DNA from: Candidatus Omnitrophota bacterium
Lineage (GTDB): Bacteria > Omnitrophota > Gorgyraeia > 2-01-FULL-45-10
Reading direction: 5' to 3'
Length of the DNA stretch: 64,000 nt
NCBI GenBank assembly: GCA_030695905.1
Contig: JAUYOL010000011.1
Coordinates: forward strand, 7,887-71,886
The notes under the pieces are model-generated. The model worked only from the letters and a program-made list of their open reading frames with translations. It was not told where the DNA came from and searched no databases. This document shows, piece by piece, positions 9,167-19,678 of this stretch. A program made the position numbers and the translations under genes. The stretch's first letter is position 1. Every line of letters begins with the position of its first letter.

Positions 9167-11955
9167 GCTAATGCCTCTTTCAAATACTGTCCCGTATAAG
9201 ATCTTTTATTCGCTACAATATCTTCAGGTGTGCCTTCAGCCACGATTTCGCCGCCTTCATCTCCGCCCTCCGGCCCAAGATCTATTATGTAGTCCGCGGT
9301 CTTTATGACATCCAGATTATGCTCTATAACGAGCACTGTATTGCCCTGTTTTACAAGAGCATGCAGAACATTTAAGAGTTTATCTATATCTGCGAAGTGC
9401 AGTCCTGTCGTAGGTTCATCGAGTATATAGAAAGTCCTTCCGGTAGAAGTTTTTGAAAGCTCTGCCGCGAGTTTTATCCTCTGTGCCTCTCCTCCTGAAA
9501 GAGTCGTTGCCGACTGTCCCAATCTCACATATCCTAAGCCGACATCGTAAAGCGTCTTTAACTTATTCCTTACCGAAGGGATATTCGCGAACAATTCCAA
9601 CGCCTCTTCTATAGACATACCAAGCGCGTCGGCTATGGACCTGCCCTTGTATTTTACATTTAACGTCGCGTCATTAAATCTTTTTCCTTTGCACACTTCG
9701 CATTGTACATATATATCCGGTAAAAAATGCATCTCTATCTTCTTTATGCCGTCACCCATACAGGCCTCACAGCGCCCGCCCTTCACATTAAAACTGAACC
9801 TGCCGGGCTTATAACCGCGTACTTTAGCGTCGGGAATCCTGGAGAATAGATCCCTTATCGGAGAAAAGGCCCCCGTATATGTCGCGGGATTGGAGCGCGG
9901 CGTTCTTCCTATAGGCGACTGGTCTATCACAATGACCTTGTCTATGGAATCGATACCCTCTATCTTTTTATGCGCGCCCGGCTTTTCCTTGGCTCTGTAG
10001 AATTTTTTTGCAAGCGATCTGTATAATATATCGTCCACAAGCGTGCTCTTGCCTGAACCGGACACGCCCGTAATACATACAAACAACCCGAGAGGTATTT
10101 CGACGTCTATATCTTTGAGATTGTGCTCCGTGGCGCCTATTATCTTTAATCTTTTGGCTTTAGCATACGATCTTCTTTTGTCGGGTATCCCTATCTTCAG
10201 CTGCCCTCTCAAATATTGCCCCGTCAGCGATTCTTTTGACTCGAGAACGTCTTCCAAAGTCCCGCTTACCAGCACCCTGCCCCCGTGCTCACCGGCTCCC
10301 GGCCCCAAGTCTATTATGTGATCGGCTTTCCGCATGGTAGCCTCATCATGCTCCACGACTATCAGGGTATTACCAAGATCTCTTAGCGTGATAAGTGTAT
10401 CGAGTAATTTTGAATTATCCTTTTGATGCAGCCCTATACTCGGTTCATCCAAAATATATACCACCCCCACAAGCCCGGAACCTATTTGCGTAGCGAGCCT
10501 TATGCGCTGCGCTTCTCCTCCGGAAAGCGTGAAGCTGCGCCTGTCGAGCGTAAGATAATCTAATCCAACATTTATCATAAATTGTAAACGCGCGGTTATC
10601 TCTTTTAAAACCTGATGAGCTATTATTTTCTGGGTTTCATTCAATTCTAACCCTACCAGAAATTTCTTCAGCTCTTTTATCGACAGATCCGAGACCTCGG
10701 CGATATTTTTATTTTGTATGGTGACCGCGAGACTCTCTTTTTTAAGCCGCATGCCGTTGCATTCGGGACAGGGCTGAACAGACATATATTTATTTATTTC
10801 GGTTTTTATAAATTCGCTTTCGGTCTCACGGAAACGCCGCTCAAGATTAGGTACGACACCTTCGAATGATCCCCATTCTCCACCCGGCTGGCCGAATAAC
10901 ACCAATTTTTTAATATCTTTCGGCAGGTCTTTAAACGGAGTTTCCACATCGAATCCATATTTATGGGCAAGAGAGCGTAAGCGCCTTCTGTAGTATAGAT
11001 AAAGCCCCTTGCCGCCGCGCCTCCAGGCGTCGACCGCGCTTATGACAGGCTTCGACTTGTCCGATATGACAAGTTCTGGATCTATCTCCATCTTATTGCC
11101 GAGGCCGTCACAGACAGGACATGCCCCATACGGAGAATTAAATGAGAATATCCTTGGAGCTATCTCTCCTAAGCTTATACCGCAATCTACACAGGCATAA
11201 AGTCCGCTGAAAAGGATATCCTTCTTTTTGTCGGCCGACTCTACGCTTACAATTGCCAGGTCTTTTCCTACCTCGAGCGCCGTTTCCACGGAATCGGTAA
11301 GGCGTTTACGGATATCGCCTTTTAATACAAGCCGGTCCACTACTATCTCTATTGTATGCGCCCTCTTCTTGTCGAGCGAGATCTTGTCTTCGAGCTCCAT
11401 TACGTCGCCATCGACCCTGACCCTTATAAATCCGTCTTTCTTTGCTTTTTGGAATAAGTCCTTGTGTTCGCCCTTTCTACCTCTTACCAGCGGTGCCAAC
11501 ACAAGCGTCTTTGTGCCCTCGGGTAATTTCAATATATGATCCACTATCTCCTGGGAAGTCTGTCTGGTTATCGGCTTTTTACATTTGGGACAATGCGCGA
11601 CTCCTATGCGGGCATAGAGCAGCCTTAGGTAGTCATATATCTCTGTCTGGGTTCCAACGGTAGAACGAGGATTTGAGCCCGCTGTCCTCTGCTCAATACT
11701 TATTGCCGGGGACAAGCCTTCTATATATTCAACATCCGGCTTTTGGAGCTGCTCGAGGAATTGCCTTGCGTAACTTGACAGGCTCTCAACATATCTGCGC
11801 TGCCCTTCGGCATATATGGTATCGAACGCGAGACTGGATTTGCCGGAGCCCGACAGGCCGGTGATGACGACCAGTTTTTGGCGAGGAATTTCGAGGTCTA
11901 TATTCTTTAGATTGTGCTCTTTCGCGCCTTTTATTACTATGGAATCTTTTATCAT
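9163..11955 (-). CDS. uvrA: Excinuclease ABC subunit A
   Basis: 930 aa with two ABC ATPase modules ([23 protein letters not shown]), LSGGEAQR signatures and zinc-finger Cys clusters. Confidence 0.95.
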   Translation of the reverse strand: MIKDSIVIKGAKEHNLKNIDLEIPRQKLVVITGLSGSGKSSLAFDTIYAEGQRRYVESLSSYARQFLEQLQKPDVEYIEGLSPAISIEQRTAGSNPRSTVGTQTEIYDYLRLLYARIGVAHCPKCKKPITRQTSQEIVDHILKLPEGTKTLVLAPLVRGRKGEHKDLFQKAKKDGFIRVRVDGDVMELEDKISLDKKRAHTIEIVVDRLVLKGDIRKRLTDSVETALEVGKDLAIVSVESADKKKDILFSGLYACVDCGISLGEIAPRIFSFNSPYGACPVCDGLGNKMEIDPELVISDKSKPVISAVDAWRRGGKGLYLYYRRRLRSLAHKYGFDVETPFKDLPKDIKKLVLFGQPGGEWGSFEGVVPNLERRFRETESEFIKTEINKYMSVQPCPECNGMRLKKESLAVTIQNKNIAEVSDLSIKELKKFLVGLELNETQKIIAHQVLKEITARLQFMINVGLDYLTLDRRSFTLSGGEAQRIRLATQIGSGLVGVVYILDEPSIGLHQKDNSKLLDTLITLRDLGNTLIVVEHDEATMRKADHIIDLGPGAGEHGGRVLVSGTLEDVLESKESLTGQYLRGQLKIGIPDKRRSYAKAKRLKIIGATEHNLKDIDVEIPLGLFVCITGVSGSGKSTLVDDILYRSLAKKFYRAKEKPGAHKKIEGIDSIDKVIVIDQSPIGRTPRSNPATYTGAFSPIRDLFSRIPDAKVRGYKPGRFSFNVKGGRCEACMGDGIKKIEMHFLPDIYVQCEVCKGKRFNDATLNVKYKGRSIADALGMSIEEALELFANIPSVRNKLKTLYDVGLGYVRLGQSATTLSGGEAQRIKLAAELSKTSTGRTFYILDEPTTGLHFADIDKLLNVLHALVKQGNTVLVIEHNLDVIKTADYIIDLGPEGGDEGGEIVAEGTPEDIVANKRSYTGQYLKEALA

Positions 11956-11993
11956 TATGCCGCCTTATAGGTGATAATATTAACATATATACT

Positions 11994-12040
11994 TAATAAA
12001 AACAAGGGGACGCCTTACGGCGATCCCCTTGTTTTTATTA
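11994..12040 (-). terminator. Rho-independent terminator downstream of gene 12058-12306
   Basis: aacaaggggacgcc-ttac-ggcgatccccttgtt hairpin (one bulge) flanked by an A-run and T-run. Confidence 0.6.
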
Positions 12041-12057
12041 AACTATACTGTATTCTA

Positions 12058-12306
12058 TTACTTCCTGCCTCTAAGCATCTTAGCGCATGATACGTCACCG
12101 GCTTTATCGATGAAATAGAGGTAGCCCTTCTGCTTCTTCACTTCGGGCTTAGCGACAACTTTACCGCCGCCGCCTTTCGACTTTCCTCTTGCCATCTTCG
12201 TCTCGACGACATTGCCCTTCTTATCGACGTAATAGAGATAACCCTTCTTTCTCTTTATGCCTACCTTCGCGACTTTCTGTGCCATTTTTCTTTCACCTCC
12301 CTTCAC
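12058..12306 (-). CDS. Hypothetical Lys-rich small protein with an internal duplication
   Basis: Two copies of the K(K)KGYLY(Y/F)(V/I)DK.G(N/D)V...KM.RG motif. The likely true start is MAQKV at 12285. Confidence 0.5.
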   Translation of the reverse strand: MKGGERKMAQKVAKVGIKRKKGYLYYVDKKGNVVETKMARGKSKGGGGKVVAKPEVKKQKGYLYFIDKAGDVSCAKMLRGRK

Positions 12307-12316
12307 ATATATATTT

Positions 12317-13054
12317 TTATTTAACTTCCTTTATCTGTATATACTCTTTGTTAACACGTCCTATGGTCTTGAATAAGTTCAGCTTCGCGTAAGTACAATC
12401 TTTTTCAATCTTACTTATAAAATCTTTCATCACGCGCCTTTTAGATGTCTGCGCGTTCGGACATCTGCATAGCTGGCTGGGAAATTTTGATTCTTTGGCA
12501 AACTTTTTTATTACATCCTCTCCTACATAGCACAGCGGCCTTATTATCACTATCTTACCTTTAAATAATTCCTGCCTTGGATTCATCGCGGAGAACTCGC
12601 CGTGATAAAACATATTTAAGAGAAGCGTCTCTATTATGTCGTCCTGATGATGACCAAAAGCTATCTTTGTGCAGCCGGTCTTCTCGGCGAGCGTAAAGAG
12701 CGCCTTGCGCCTGTTCCATGAGCACCAAAAACATGAGGTGGCTTTCTTCTTATCTTTAACTTTTATCTTCTCAAAACGATAAGGGATGTCATAGCTTTCG
12801 AATAACTTCTTTAATTCCTGGGTATGCACACATCCCGCGCATCTGAAATCAGTTTCTATGTGCGCCGCAAATAACTTATAATCTACAGGTGCCCACTTTC
12901 GCCTTTCATTCAATAGCTTCAGCATCGATAAGCTGTCTTTACCTCCCGATACGGCCACAAGTATCCTATCTTTGTCTTCTATCAGGTTGTAATCGGCGAT
13001 CGCCCTGCCTATTCTGTTGGATATGTATGCGCCTGTCTTTGTTAAATTTCTCAT
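12317..13054 (-). CDS. ttcA: tRNA 2-thiocytidine biosynthesis protein TtcA (PP-loop ATPase)
   Basis: SGGKDS PP-loop and the CxxC pairs typical of TtcA. Confidence 0.8.
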   Translation of the reverse strand: MRNLTKTGAYISNRIGRAIADYNLIEDKDRILVAVSGGKDSLSMLKLLNERRKWAPVDYKLFAAHIETDFRCAGCVHTQELKKLFESYDIPYRFEKIKVKDKKKATSCFWCSWNRRKALFTLAEKTGCTKIAFGHHQDDIIETLLLNMFYHGEFSAMNPRQELFKGKIVIIRPLCYVGEDVIKKFAKESKFPSQLCRCPNAQTSKRRVMKDFISKIEKDCTYAKLNLFKTIGRVNKEYIQIKEVK

Positions 13055-13057
13055 TAT

Positions 13058-13870
13058 TTAAGTTCCAACCTGCACGCTTTTAGCGACTCCTCCCAGCGTT
13101 GCAATGGCCGAGAGCGCCGCGAGATAACTTGTTTTAGGATTAGATTTCGACGGTACGCTCTCTGTTCTCGTCGAGATTTTCCCAAAATCACCGGTTATCT
13201 CAACTTCATGAACATTTTTTGTATAATCGGGCGATGTCACTATGCGCACGCGCGTCTTATCCGCGCCGATACCGGCAAGGCTCAACACAGCGCATACGTT
13301 AACGTTCTGCGGGAAACCCTTTATCGCTTCATTTGCGTTGCCGTCGAATATTACTGTTTCATTTTTTATATCGGATAGCTTTATATTTTTCTCTCTAAGG
13401 TATGGGGCGCCCTCAAGCCCTTTAACGGGCTTTCGCGTAGTCAGTACGACGGATTCCAATTTTCCCGCCGAAGCGGATTTCAACCCGTCTATGCCGCTTA
13501 AGGCTCCGCTGGGCAAATATACCTTTATACCCGCCTTGGCCGCGCTTACCAATAAACCTTCATTGCCAAGAAGCCCGCCTACGCTCATTATCAATATATC
13601 CTTGCCGTGTTTTATTGTTTTTTTCAATATATCTGCGGAGACCGACGCGCTTGCCGCCTCAACTACGAGATCCGCCTTCTTGATAATTCCGTCGAGTTCA
13701 AGAACAGGAATATTGCCTTTTAGTGATTTTTTTAACGAAGCGGATTTTTTGCCGTCCTTATCACATATTCCTACAAGACTTAAGCTGTTCTTAAGCGCGG
13801 ATTGGCAAGCGAAAGCCAATTCGCTTCCTATTGTTCCGCATCCGACTATCCCAACTTTTATTTTATTCAT
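13058..13870 (-). CDS. nadX: L-aspartate dehydrogenase
   Basis: 270 aa with an N-terminal Rossmann motif GIVGCGTIG and NadX-family layout. Adjacent to nadA. Confidence 0.75.
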   Translation of the reverse strand: MNKIKVGIVGCGTIGSELAFACQSALKNSLSLVGICDKDGKKSASLKKSLKGNIPVLELDGIIKKADLVVEAASASVSADILKKTIKHGKDILIMSVGGLLGNEGLLVSAAKAGIKVYLPSGALSGIDGLKSASAGKLESVVLTTRKPVKGLEGAPYLREKNIKLSDIKNETVIFDGNANEAIKGFPQNVNVCAVLSLAGIGADKTRVRIVTSPDYTKNVHEVEITGDFGKISTRTESVPSKSNPKTSYLAALSAIATLGGVAKSVQVGT

Positions 13871-13897
13871 ATTTTTTATAGTTTAAAGCTTATGGCC

Positions 13898-14875
13898 TTA
13901 ATATCCCGCTATCGCCGCGCCCTTATGTTCTCCGGTAACACGCAACATCCTGTCGAGAGTTTTCAGCGCCTTATCTCTTATTTCATCCGATACTTTAACC
14001 TCGTACACGAGTTTTTCGAGGCTGTGCGCGACCCATCCCAATGTTATAAGTTTCATATTAGCGCAGACGAGATTCTGCGTCGGCAAGTAAAATTTCTTAT
14101 CCGGGTTCTCTTTCTGCAGTTTATACAACATACCGGATTCGGTGGCTATAATAAATTCTTCTGATTTTGATTGCCTGACATACTTGAACATCCCGCCCGT
14201 AGAGCATATATGGTCAGATAATGCCAGGACTTCGGGATTACATTCGGGATGAGCGATAACCTCCGCCGCGGGATGCTCCTTCTTTGTTCTTATTACATCT
14301 TCCTCCTGGAGTCTCATATGCGTCGGGCAGAAGCCTTCCCATAATATTATATCTTTTTCCGGAACCTGGCTCTGGACGTAGCGGCCGAGATTTTTGTCCG
14401 GAACAAATATTATCTGTTTCTCTTTAAGCGATTTAACAACTTCTACCGCGTTACTTGACGTGCAGGCAATATCGCTTTCGGCTTTTACTTCAGCACTTGT
14501 ATTAACATAACAAACTACGGCCGCATCCGGATATTGTTTTCTCTTCGCGCGCAATTTTTCCGGGGTTATCATATCGGCGAGAGGACATCCCGCTTCTAGG
14601 ACCGGTATCAGGACCTTCTTGCCCGGATTCAATATAGCCGCGCTTTCCGCCATAAAATGCACACCGCAAAAGACTATCACTTCCGCGTCGGTCCTTACCG
14701 CCGCCTGGGCAAGCGCCAGCGAATCACCGCTTATATCGGCTATCTCCTGGATCTCATCGCGCTGATAGTTGTGGGCTATTATGACGGCGTTCCTATCCTT
14801 CTTCAGCTTCGCTATCTTCTCTTTGAGGTCCTGGTTATACTTTATGTCGTCGTGATCCTGATATTGTGTGGGCAT
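13898..14875 (-). CDS. nadA: Quinolinate synthase
   Basis: 325 aa with NadA motifs (IIAHNYQ, FCGVHFMAE, conserved Cys). Confidence 0.9.
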   Translation of the reverse strand: MPTQYQDHDDIKYNQDLKEKIAKLKKDRNAVIIAHNYQRDEIQEIADISGDSLALAQAAVRTDAEVIVFCGVHFMAESAAILNPGKKVLIPVLEAGCPLADMITPEKLRAKRKQYPDAAVVCYVNTSAEVKAESDIACTSSNAVEVVKSLKEKQIIFVPDKNLGRYVQSQVPEKDIILWEGFCPTHMRLQEEDVIRTKKEHPAAEVIAHPECNPEVLALSDHICSTGGMFKYVRQSKSEEFIIATESGMLYKLQKENPDKKFYLPTQNLVCANMKLITLGWVAHSLEKLVYEVKVSDEIRDKALKTLDRMLRVTGEHKGAAIAGY

Positions 14876-15724
14876 CTATTTTACCGTTATTATAGCGTTA
14901 TCTATCAGCCTTGTCTGTCCGAAAAAGACGGCAAGAGCTACCATTATCTCGCCTGAAATTACTTTTAAATCCTTAAGCTCTTTAGTATCAACGGCTTTTA
15001 TATAATCTATCTTCGCGGCCGATTTTTGCGTTATCATATCTTCGATAACCCTGATGATCTTTTTTGGATCTCTCTCGCCCTGCTTTACAAGGTTCTCGAC
15101 CTGTTTAAGTGATTGGTGCAGCACTATAGCGTCCTTTCTCTCCGTAACGGATAGATACATATTCCTTGAACTCATCGCGAGGCCGTCTTTTTCTCTTACT
15201 ATAGGCATTATCTTAACGTCTACACCCATATTGAGATCCGAAGCCATCTTCTTTATCATCAGCGCCTGCTGCATATCTTTCTGGCCGAAATAAGCGACAT
15301 CCGGCCTGACTATGTTAAATAATTTTGTGACAACGGTCGCTACGCCTTTAAAATGTCCCGGCCTTGACTCGCCGCATAGAGTGTCGGTCAATTTCTCTAC
15401 GGTAACATAGGTGGCATAACCTTCGGGATACATATCTTTTAATGAGGGGTAAAATATTACATCTACACCCGCGTCTCGGGCCAACCCTTCATCATGCCTT
15501 AAGTCTCTCGGATATTTTTCAAAATCTTCTTTTGGGCCAAACTGCATGGGGTTTATGAATATACTCATCACAACTACATCGGTATGTTTTTTAGCGGCTT
15601 TTACAAGGCTGGTGTGGCCTTCGTGAAGATATCCCATGGTGGGGACAAAACCGATAGACTTGCCTTCTTTCTTCATCATCTTCACGAATGTGGACATTCG
15701 CGAAATATTTTCTATAGTCTTCAT
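14876..15724 (-). CDS. panC: Pantoate--beta-alanine ligase
   Basis: FVPTMGYLHEGH HIGH-like motif, 282 aa. Confidence 0.9.
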   Translation of the reverse strand: MKTIENISRMSTFVKMMKKEGKSIGFVPTMGYLHEGHTSLVKAAKKHTDVVVMSIFINPMQFGPKEDFEKYPRDLRHDEGLARDAGVDVIFYPSLKDMYPEGYATYVTVEKLTDTLCGESRPGHFKGVATVVTKLFNIVRPDVAYFGQKDMQQALMIKKMASDLNMGVDVKIMPIVREKDGLAMSSRNMYLSVTERKDAIVLHQSLKQVENLVKQGERDPKKIIRVIEDMITQKSAAKIDYIKAVDTKELKDLKVISGEIMVALAVFFGQTRLIDNAIITVK

Positions 15725-15725
15725 T

Positions 15726-16130
15726 CTAAGCTTTACCTAATTCTCTTAATCCCCTCAAAACAAACTCACGCTCTTTTATCCGAGGATGTGGTACCGTGAG
15801 CCCCTCTTCGCTGATATTTTCATCGCCGTAATAGAGAATATCCAGATCTATCGTGCGTGGCGTATTCTTAGCTATCCTTTTGCGGCCCAACTTTTCTTCT
15901 ATGCTATTTAACACTCTTAATAAAGGCCTTGCCCCAAGAATTGTATCTACCTCTATCACGCCGTTTAAAAATTTACCCTGCGGGATATCGCTGACAGGGG
16001 CAGTCTCATATATCGTCGAGCTTCTTAATACTCTTATCGATTCATTATCCTTTAACGCTTCAATGGCTTTTGTAATGTATTTAAGCCTATCGCCAAGATT
16101 TGAGCCAACCGCTATGTAGCATTTAACCAT
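15726..16130 (-). CDS. folK: 6-hydroxymethyl-7,8-dihydropterin pyrophosphokinase
   Basis: 134 aa with HPPK motifs (IAVGSNLGD, RTIDLDIL, PHPR). Confidence 0.85.
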   Translation of the reverse strand: MVKCYIAVGSNLGDRLKYITKAIEALKDNESIRVLRSSTIYETAPVSDIPQGKFLNGVIEVDTILGARPLLRVLNSIEEKLGRKRIAKNTPRTIDLDILYYGDENISEEGLTVPHPRIKEREFVLRGLRELGKA

Positions 16131-17296
16131 TAAATAAGTTTTTTCTTTATGCGATCTACCGCTTCCCTGATGCGCTTCTTATCGACAGTTACCGCGAATC
16201 TGACATATCCTTCGCCATGATCGCCGAAACCATTTCCGGGCGTCGCTATAATATCGCAATTTTCTAAAAGAGCTTTCGCGAAAGTGGCCGATGTATAACG
16301 CGGCGGAACTTTCGTCCATACATAGAATGTTGCCTTGGGCTTCTCTACTTTAAGCCCTATGGAGTTAAGGCCTTCGACGAGAATATCGCGCCTGTCCTGA
16401 TATATCTTTACCGCTCTCTTTATGTGCTTATCGTAATTATCTAAAGCCGCGGCTCCCGCGCGCTGTATAGCGGAGAATATTCCGGAATCGATGTTCGACT
16501 TCACTTTAGCGAGGCCTTCTATGATTTGGGCGTTACCGCACGCGAAACCTATGCGCCAGCCTGTCATATTAAATGTCTTGGAAAGTGAATGGAACTCCAC
16601 CGCGACATCTTTGGCGCCGTCTATCTCAAATATGCTTGGGGCCCTATAGCCATCAAATGTCATTTCCGAATACGCTGCGTCGCAGCATATTATAATGTTG
16701 TGCTTTGCGGCAAATTCTACAACGTCTTTTAAGAAACTTTTATCGCATACAGCCGATGTGGGATTATTCGGGTAATTTATAAAGATCATCTTTACTTTAT
16801 GCAGCTGGTGATGATTTATCGCTCTTAAGTCAGGAAGAAACTTATTCTTTTCTAATAGCGGCATATATATAACTTCGCCGCCGGCAAATATCGTCCCTGA
16901 CCTATACGGAGGGTAACATGGATCCGGTACCAATACGGCGTCGCCGGGATTGATAAAGGCAAGCGGTATATGAGCGATACCTTCTTTCGAGCCTATAAGA
17001 GGATAGACTTCCTTATCGGCGTCCATGGTTATGCCGAATCTTTTCTTCAGCCACTTCGCCGCGGAATTTCTGAATTCAGGTATGCCCTGGTCGAGCGAGT
17101 ATCTATGCGTCGAGGGATCGCGCACAGCCTTATTGAGCGCGTTTATAACAAATTTTGGCGTGGGAATATCCGGATCCCCTACACCCAAATCGATAATATC
17201 ACGCCCTTCTTCACGAGCCTTCTTCTTCGCCTTGTCTATCTCTACAAATAGATACGGCGGCAGCCTCTTCAACCTATCCGACTTCTCAAAATTCAC
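16130..17296 (-). CDS. dapL: LL-diaminopimelate aminotransferase (class I aminotransferase)
   Basis: KRLPPYLFVEID N-terminus, PLP-lysine region SLSKTFNMTGWR. Sits in the DAP pathway context next to dapB/dapA/dapF. Confidence 0.75.
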   Translation of the reverse strand: MNFEKSDRLKRLPPYLFVEIDKAKKKAREEGRDIIDLGVGDPDIPTPKFVINALNKAVRDPSTHRYSLDQGIPEFRNSAAKWLKKRFGITMDADKEVYPLIGSKEGIAHIPLAFINPGDAVLVPDPCYPPYRSGTIFAGGEVIYMPLLEKNKFLPDLRAINHHQLHKVKMIFINYPNNPTSAVCDKSFLKDVVEFAAKHNIIICCDAAYSEMTFDGYRAPSIFEIDGAKDVAVEFHSLSKTFNMTGWRIGFACGNAQIIEGLAKVKSNIDSGIFSAIQRAGAAALDNYDKHIKRAVKIYQDRRDILVEGLNSIGLKVEKPKATFYVWTKVPPRYTSATFAKALLENCDIIATPGNGFGDHGEGYVRFAVTVDKKRIREAVDRIKKKLI

Positions 17297-17307
17297 TCTT
17301 CGCTCCT

Positions 17308-17985
17308 TTATAAAGCCAATACGTCCTTCATTGCGAATAGGCCGTTCTTTTTACCGGCAACGAATTTCGCGGCCTGAAGCGCGCCCTTAGCGAATATATC
17401 GCGTGTCTTCGCGCTATGCGTTATCTCTATCAGATCCACATCACTTTCGAATGTTATAGTATGTTCGCCGACTATCTCGCCTTCGCGTATGGAACTGATA
17501 GCTACGTCGCTATCTTTTCCTTTTATGCCTTTTACTATTCTCTCTATCTCTTTCGCAGTCCCGCTGGGCGCGTCCTTCTTTTCAGCATGGTGCGCCTCAA
17601 GAATACTTATCTCATACTCACTGCTTAATATCTTAGACGCGTCTTCGACAAGTTTAAATAAAAGATTCACGCCGACCGACATATTGGGAGATAACACAAC
17701 CGGAATATTGGCGGACGCTTCCCCTATCTTATTCTTTTCTTCTTCCGATAATCCCGTAGTACCTATTACAATAGCTTTTTTGTTTTTTTCACATATCGCA
17801 AGGTGCTTCATCGTCGCCTTCGGCGCGGTAAAATCTATCAGACAGTCGCATCCGGCTATCGCCTCTTCCGCGTTCCCATCGACATCAAATTGGCCTGCCA
17901 CATTTAATTCAGGGTCTTCCTTCGCCAGGTCGATTATCCTCGACCCCATCTTTCCATTTGAACCGCTTACACAGATTTTAACCAT
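17308..17985 (-). CDS. dapB: 4-hydroxy-tetrahydrodipicolinate reductase
   Basis: 225 aa with an N-terminal GxxGxMG NAD(P) motif and a DapB C-terminal domain. Confidence 0.9.
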   Translation of the reverse strand: MVKICVSGSNGKMGSRIIDLAKEDPELNVAGQFDVDGNAEEAIAGCDCLIDFTAPKATMKHLAICEKNKKAIVIGTTGLSEEEKNKIGEASANIPVVLSPNMSVGVNLLFKLVEDASKILSSEYEISILEAHHAEKKDAPSGTAKEIERIVKGIKGKDSDVAISSIREGEIVGEHTITFESDVDLIEITHSAKTRDIFAKGALQAAKFVAGKKNGLFAMKDVLAL

Positions 17986-18000
17986 TACAAAAACTCCTTC

Positions 18001-18873
18001 CTATATTAACTTGTAATCCTTAAGGGCCTTTACAAGCTTCTCTTTATTCTCCGGGAGCATTTCACACAAAGGCAGCCTCATTGCCGGATCGATCATCTTC
18101 ATAAGCCCCATCGCTGTTTTTACCGGGATCGGGTTTGTTTCGATAAACATGGCCTTTACGAGATTCAGCGTCTTGTAATGCAATTGCTCGGCCTTTTTAA
18201 TGTCGCCTTTTTCAAAAGCGGCGCACATATCAGCGATATCACGCGGTATAATATTCGCGACGACAGATATGATACCTACCCCACCTATCGATAAGACCGG
18301 CAGCGTCAACGCGTCATCACCCGATATGAGCAGGAAATTTTTCGGACATATGTTTCTTATCCTGGCCATCTGCTCTAAGGACCCACTCGCTTCTTTTACG
18401 CCTATTATATTCTTTATTTCGGCAAGTTTAGCGAAAGTTTCCGGTTCGATATTTACACCGGTCCTCGAGGCGATGTTGTAGAGTATTATCGGTATATCTA
18501 CCGCCTCGGCTATCGTCTTAAAATGAAGATATAGCCCTTTCTGCGTCGGACGATTATAATATGGGCTGACTTGCAGCGACGCTTGCGCGCCGGCCTTCTT
18601 GGCGTGCTTAGTAAGAGCTATCGCTTCGTCCGTTGAGTTTGAGCCGGTTCCCGCGATAACCGGTATCCTGCCCTTTACAAACTGTATCGTCAGCTCTATA
18701 ACTTTGTCATGTTCGTCGTACGAAAGCGTCGCGGATTCACCGGTAGTGCCGCAAGGAACAAGGGCGCTGGTGCCGTTCTTTATATGAAACTCTACCAGCT
18801 CTTTCAGCGCTTTCTCGTCTACAGATCCATTCTTAAAAGGTGTAACTAACGCGACCATCGAGCCTTTAAACAT
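18001..18873 (-). CDS. dapA: 4-hydroxy-tetrahydrodipicolinate synthase
   Basis: 290 aa with VALVTPF...GTTGE motifs. Confidence 0.9.
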   Translation of the reverse strand: MFKGSMVALVTPFKNGSVDEKALKELVEFHIKNGTSALVPCGTTGESATLSYDEHDKVIELTIQFVKGRIPVIAGTGSNSTDEAIALTKHAKKAGAQASLQVSPYYNRPTQKGLYLHFKTIAEAVDIPIILYNIASRTGVNIEPETFAKLAEIKNIIGVKEASGSLEQMARIRNICPKNFLLISGDDALTLPVLSIGGVGIISVVANIIPRDIADMCAAFEKGDIKKAEQLHYKTLNLVKAMFIETNPIPVKTAMGLMKMIDPAMRLPLCEMLPENKEKLVKALKDYKLI

Positions 18874-19678
18874 TTTCTATATCCCCCTCATATACGAGTT
18901 TTGCCTTGCCTTCTAAATATACATTCTTAAAACTTCCTTCAACCACATCAAAATAGACTTTCAGCGTCTCCTTGCTTTTTGTTTCGACAGTTACCGGAGA
19001 GAAGAGATGCTCAGATTCCGCAGCTATTATAGCGCTGGCCACCGCACCGGTGCCGCAGGCAAGCGTCTCATCCTCAACGCCTCTTTCATAGGTCCTTACA
19101 GAAATTTTACTATTAGGCTGATCGACTATTTTTACAAAATCGACATTTGCGCCCTCTGGAGAAAAATCAGCATGGTACCTCATTTTAGAGCCAAGTTCTT
19201 TAACGCCTATATTCTCGATATCTTCAACGAAATGAATAACATGAGGAACGCCCGTATTTGTAAAATTAACTTTATACGGGCACTCATTTATCATAAGGCA
19301 CAGGTTCCAGTGAATATCTTTAGGCTCTGTAAGCTTAACTTTTATCTCCTGGCCTTTTACGCCGGCATCCAATACACCCGCCAAGGTCTCGATCTTCATA
19401 TTATCGGATGCGATCTTTTTCATGCTTGCATAAAGAGCGATGCAGCGCGAGCCGTTACCGCACATCTCGGCTTCGCTGCCGTCAGGATTGAATATGCGCA
19501 TCTTAAAATCAGCCTTGTCGGACTTTTCTAAAAGCAGGACTCCGTCGGCCCCGACTCCGTATTTCCTGTCGCATAGCTCTTTGGCGGTTTTTGAAAAACC
19601 GCTACCTAATTGACCATTGCGATTGTCTATAATGATAAAATCGTTTCCTGTAGCGACTGCCTTTGTAAATTTAATCAT
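18866..19678 (-). CDS. dapF: Diaminopimelate epimerase
   Basis: FTKAVATGNDFIIID and two catalytic Cys regions (CGNGSRC, CGTGAVA). Confidence 0.9.
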   Translation of the reverse strand: MIKFTKAVATGNDFIIIDNRNGQLGSGFSKTAKELCDRKYGVGADGVLLLEKSDKADFKMRIFNPDGSEAEMCGNGSRCIALYASMKKIASDNMKIETLAGVLDAGVKGQEIKVKLTEPKDIHWNLCLMINECPYKVNFTNTGVPHVIHFVEDIENIGVKELGSKMRYHADFSPEGANVDFVKIVDQPNSKISVRTYERGVEDETLACGTGAVASAIIAAESEHLFSPVTVETKSKETLKVYFDVVEGSFKNVYLEGKAKLVYEGDIENV

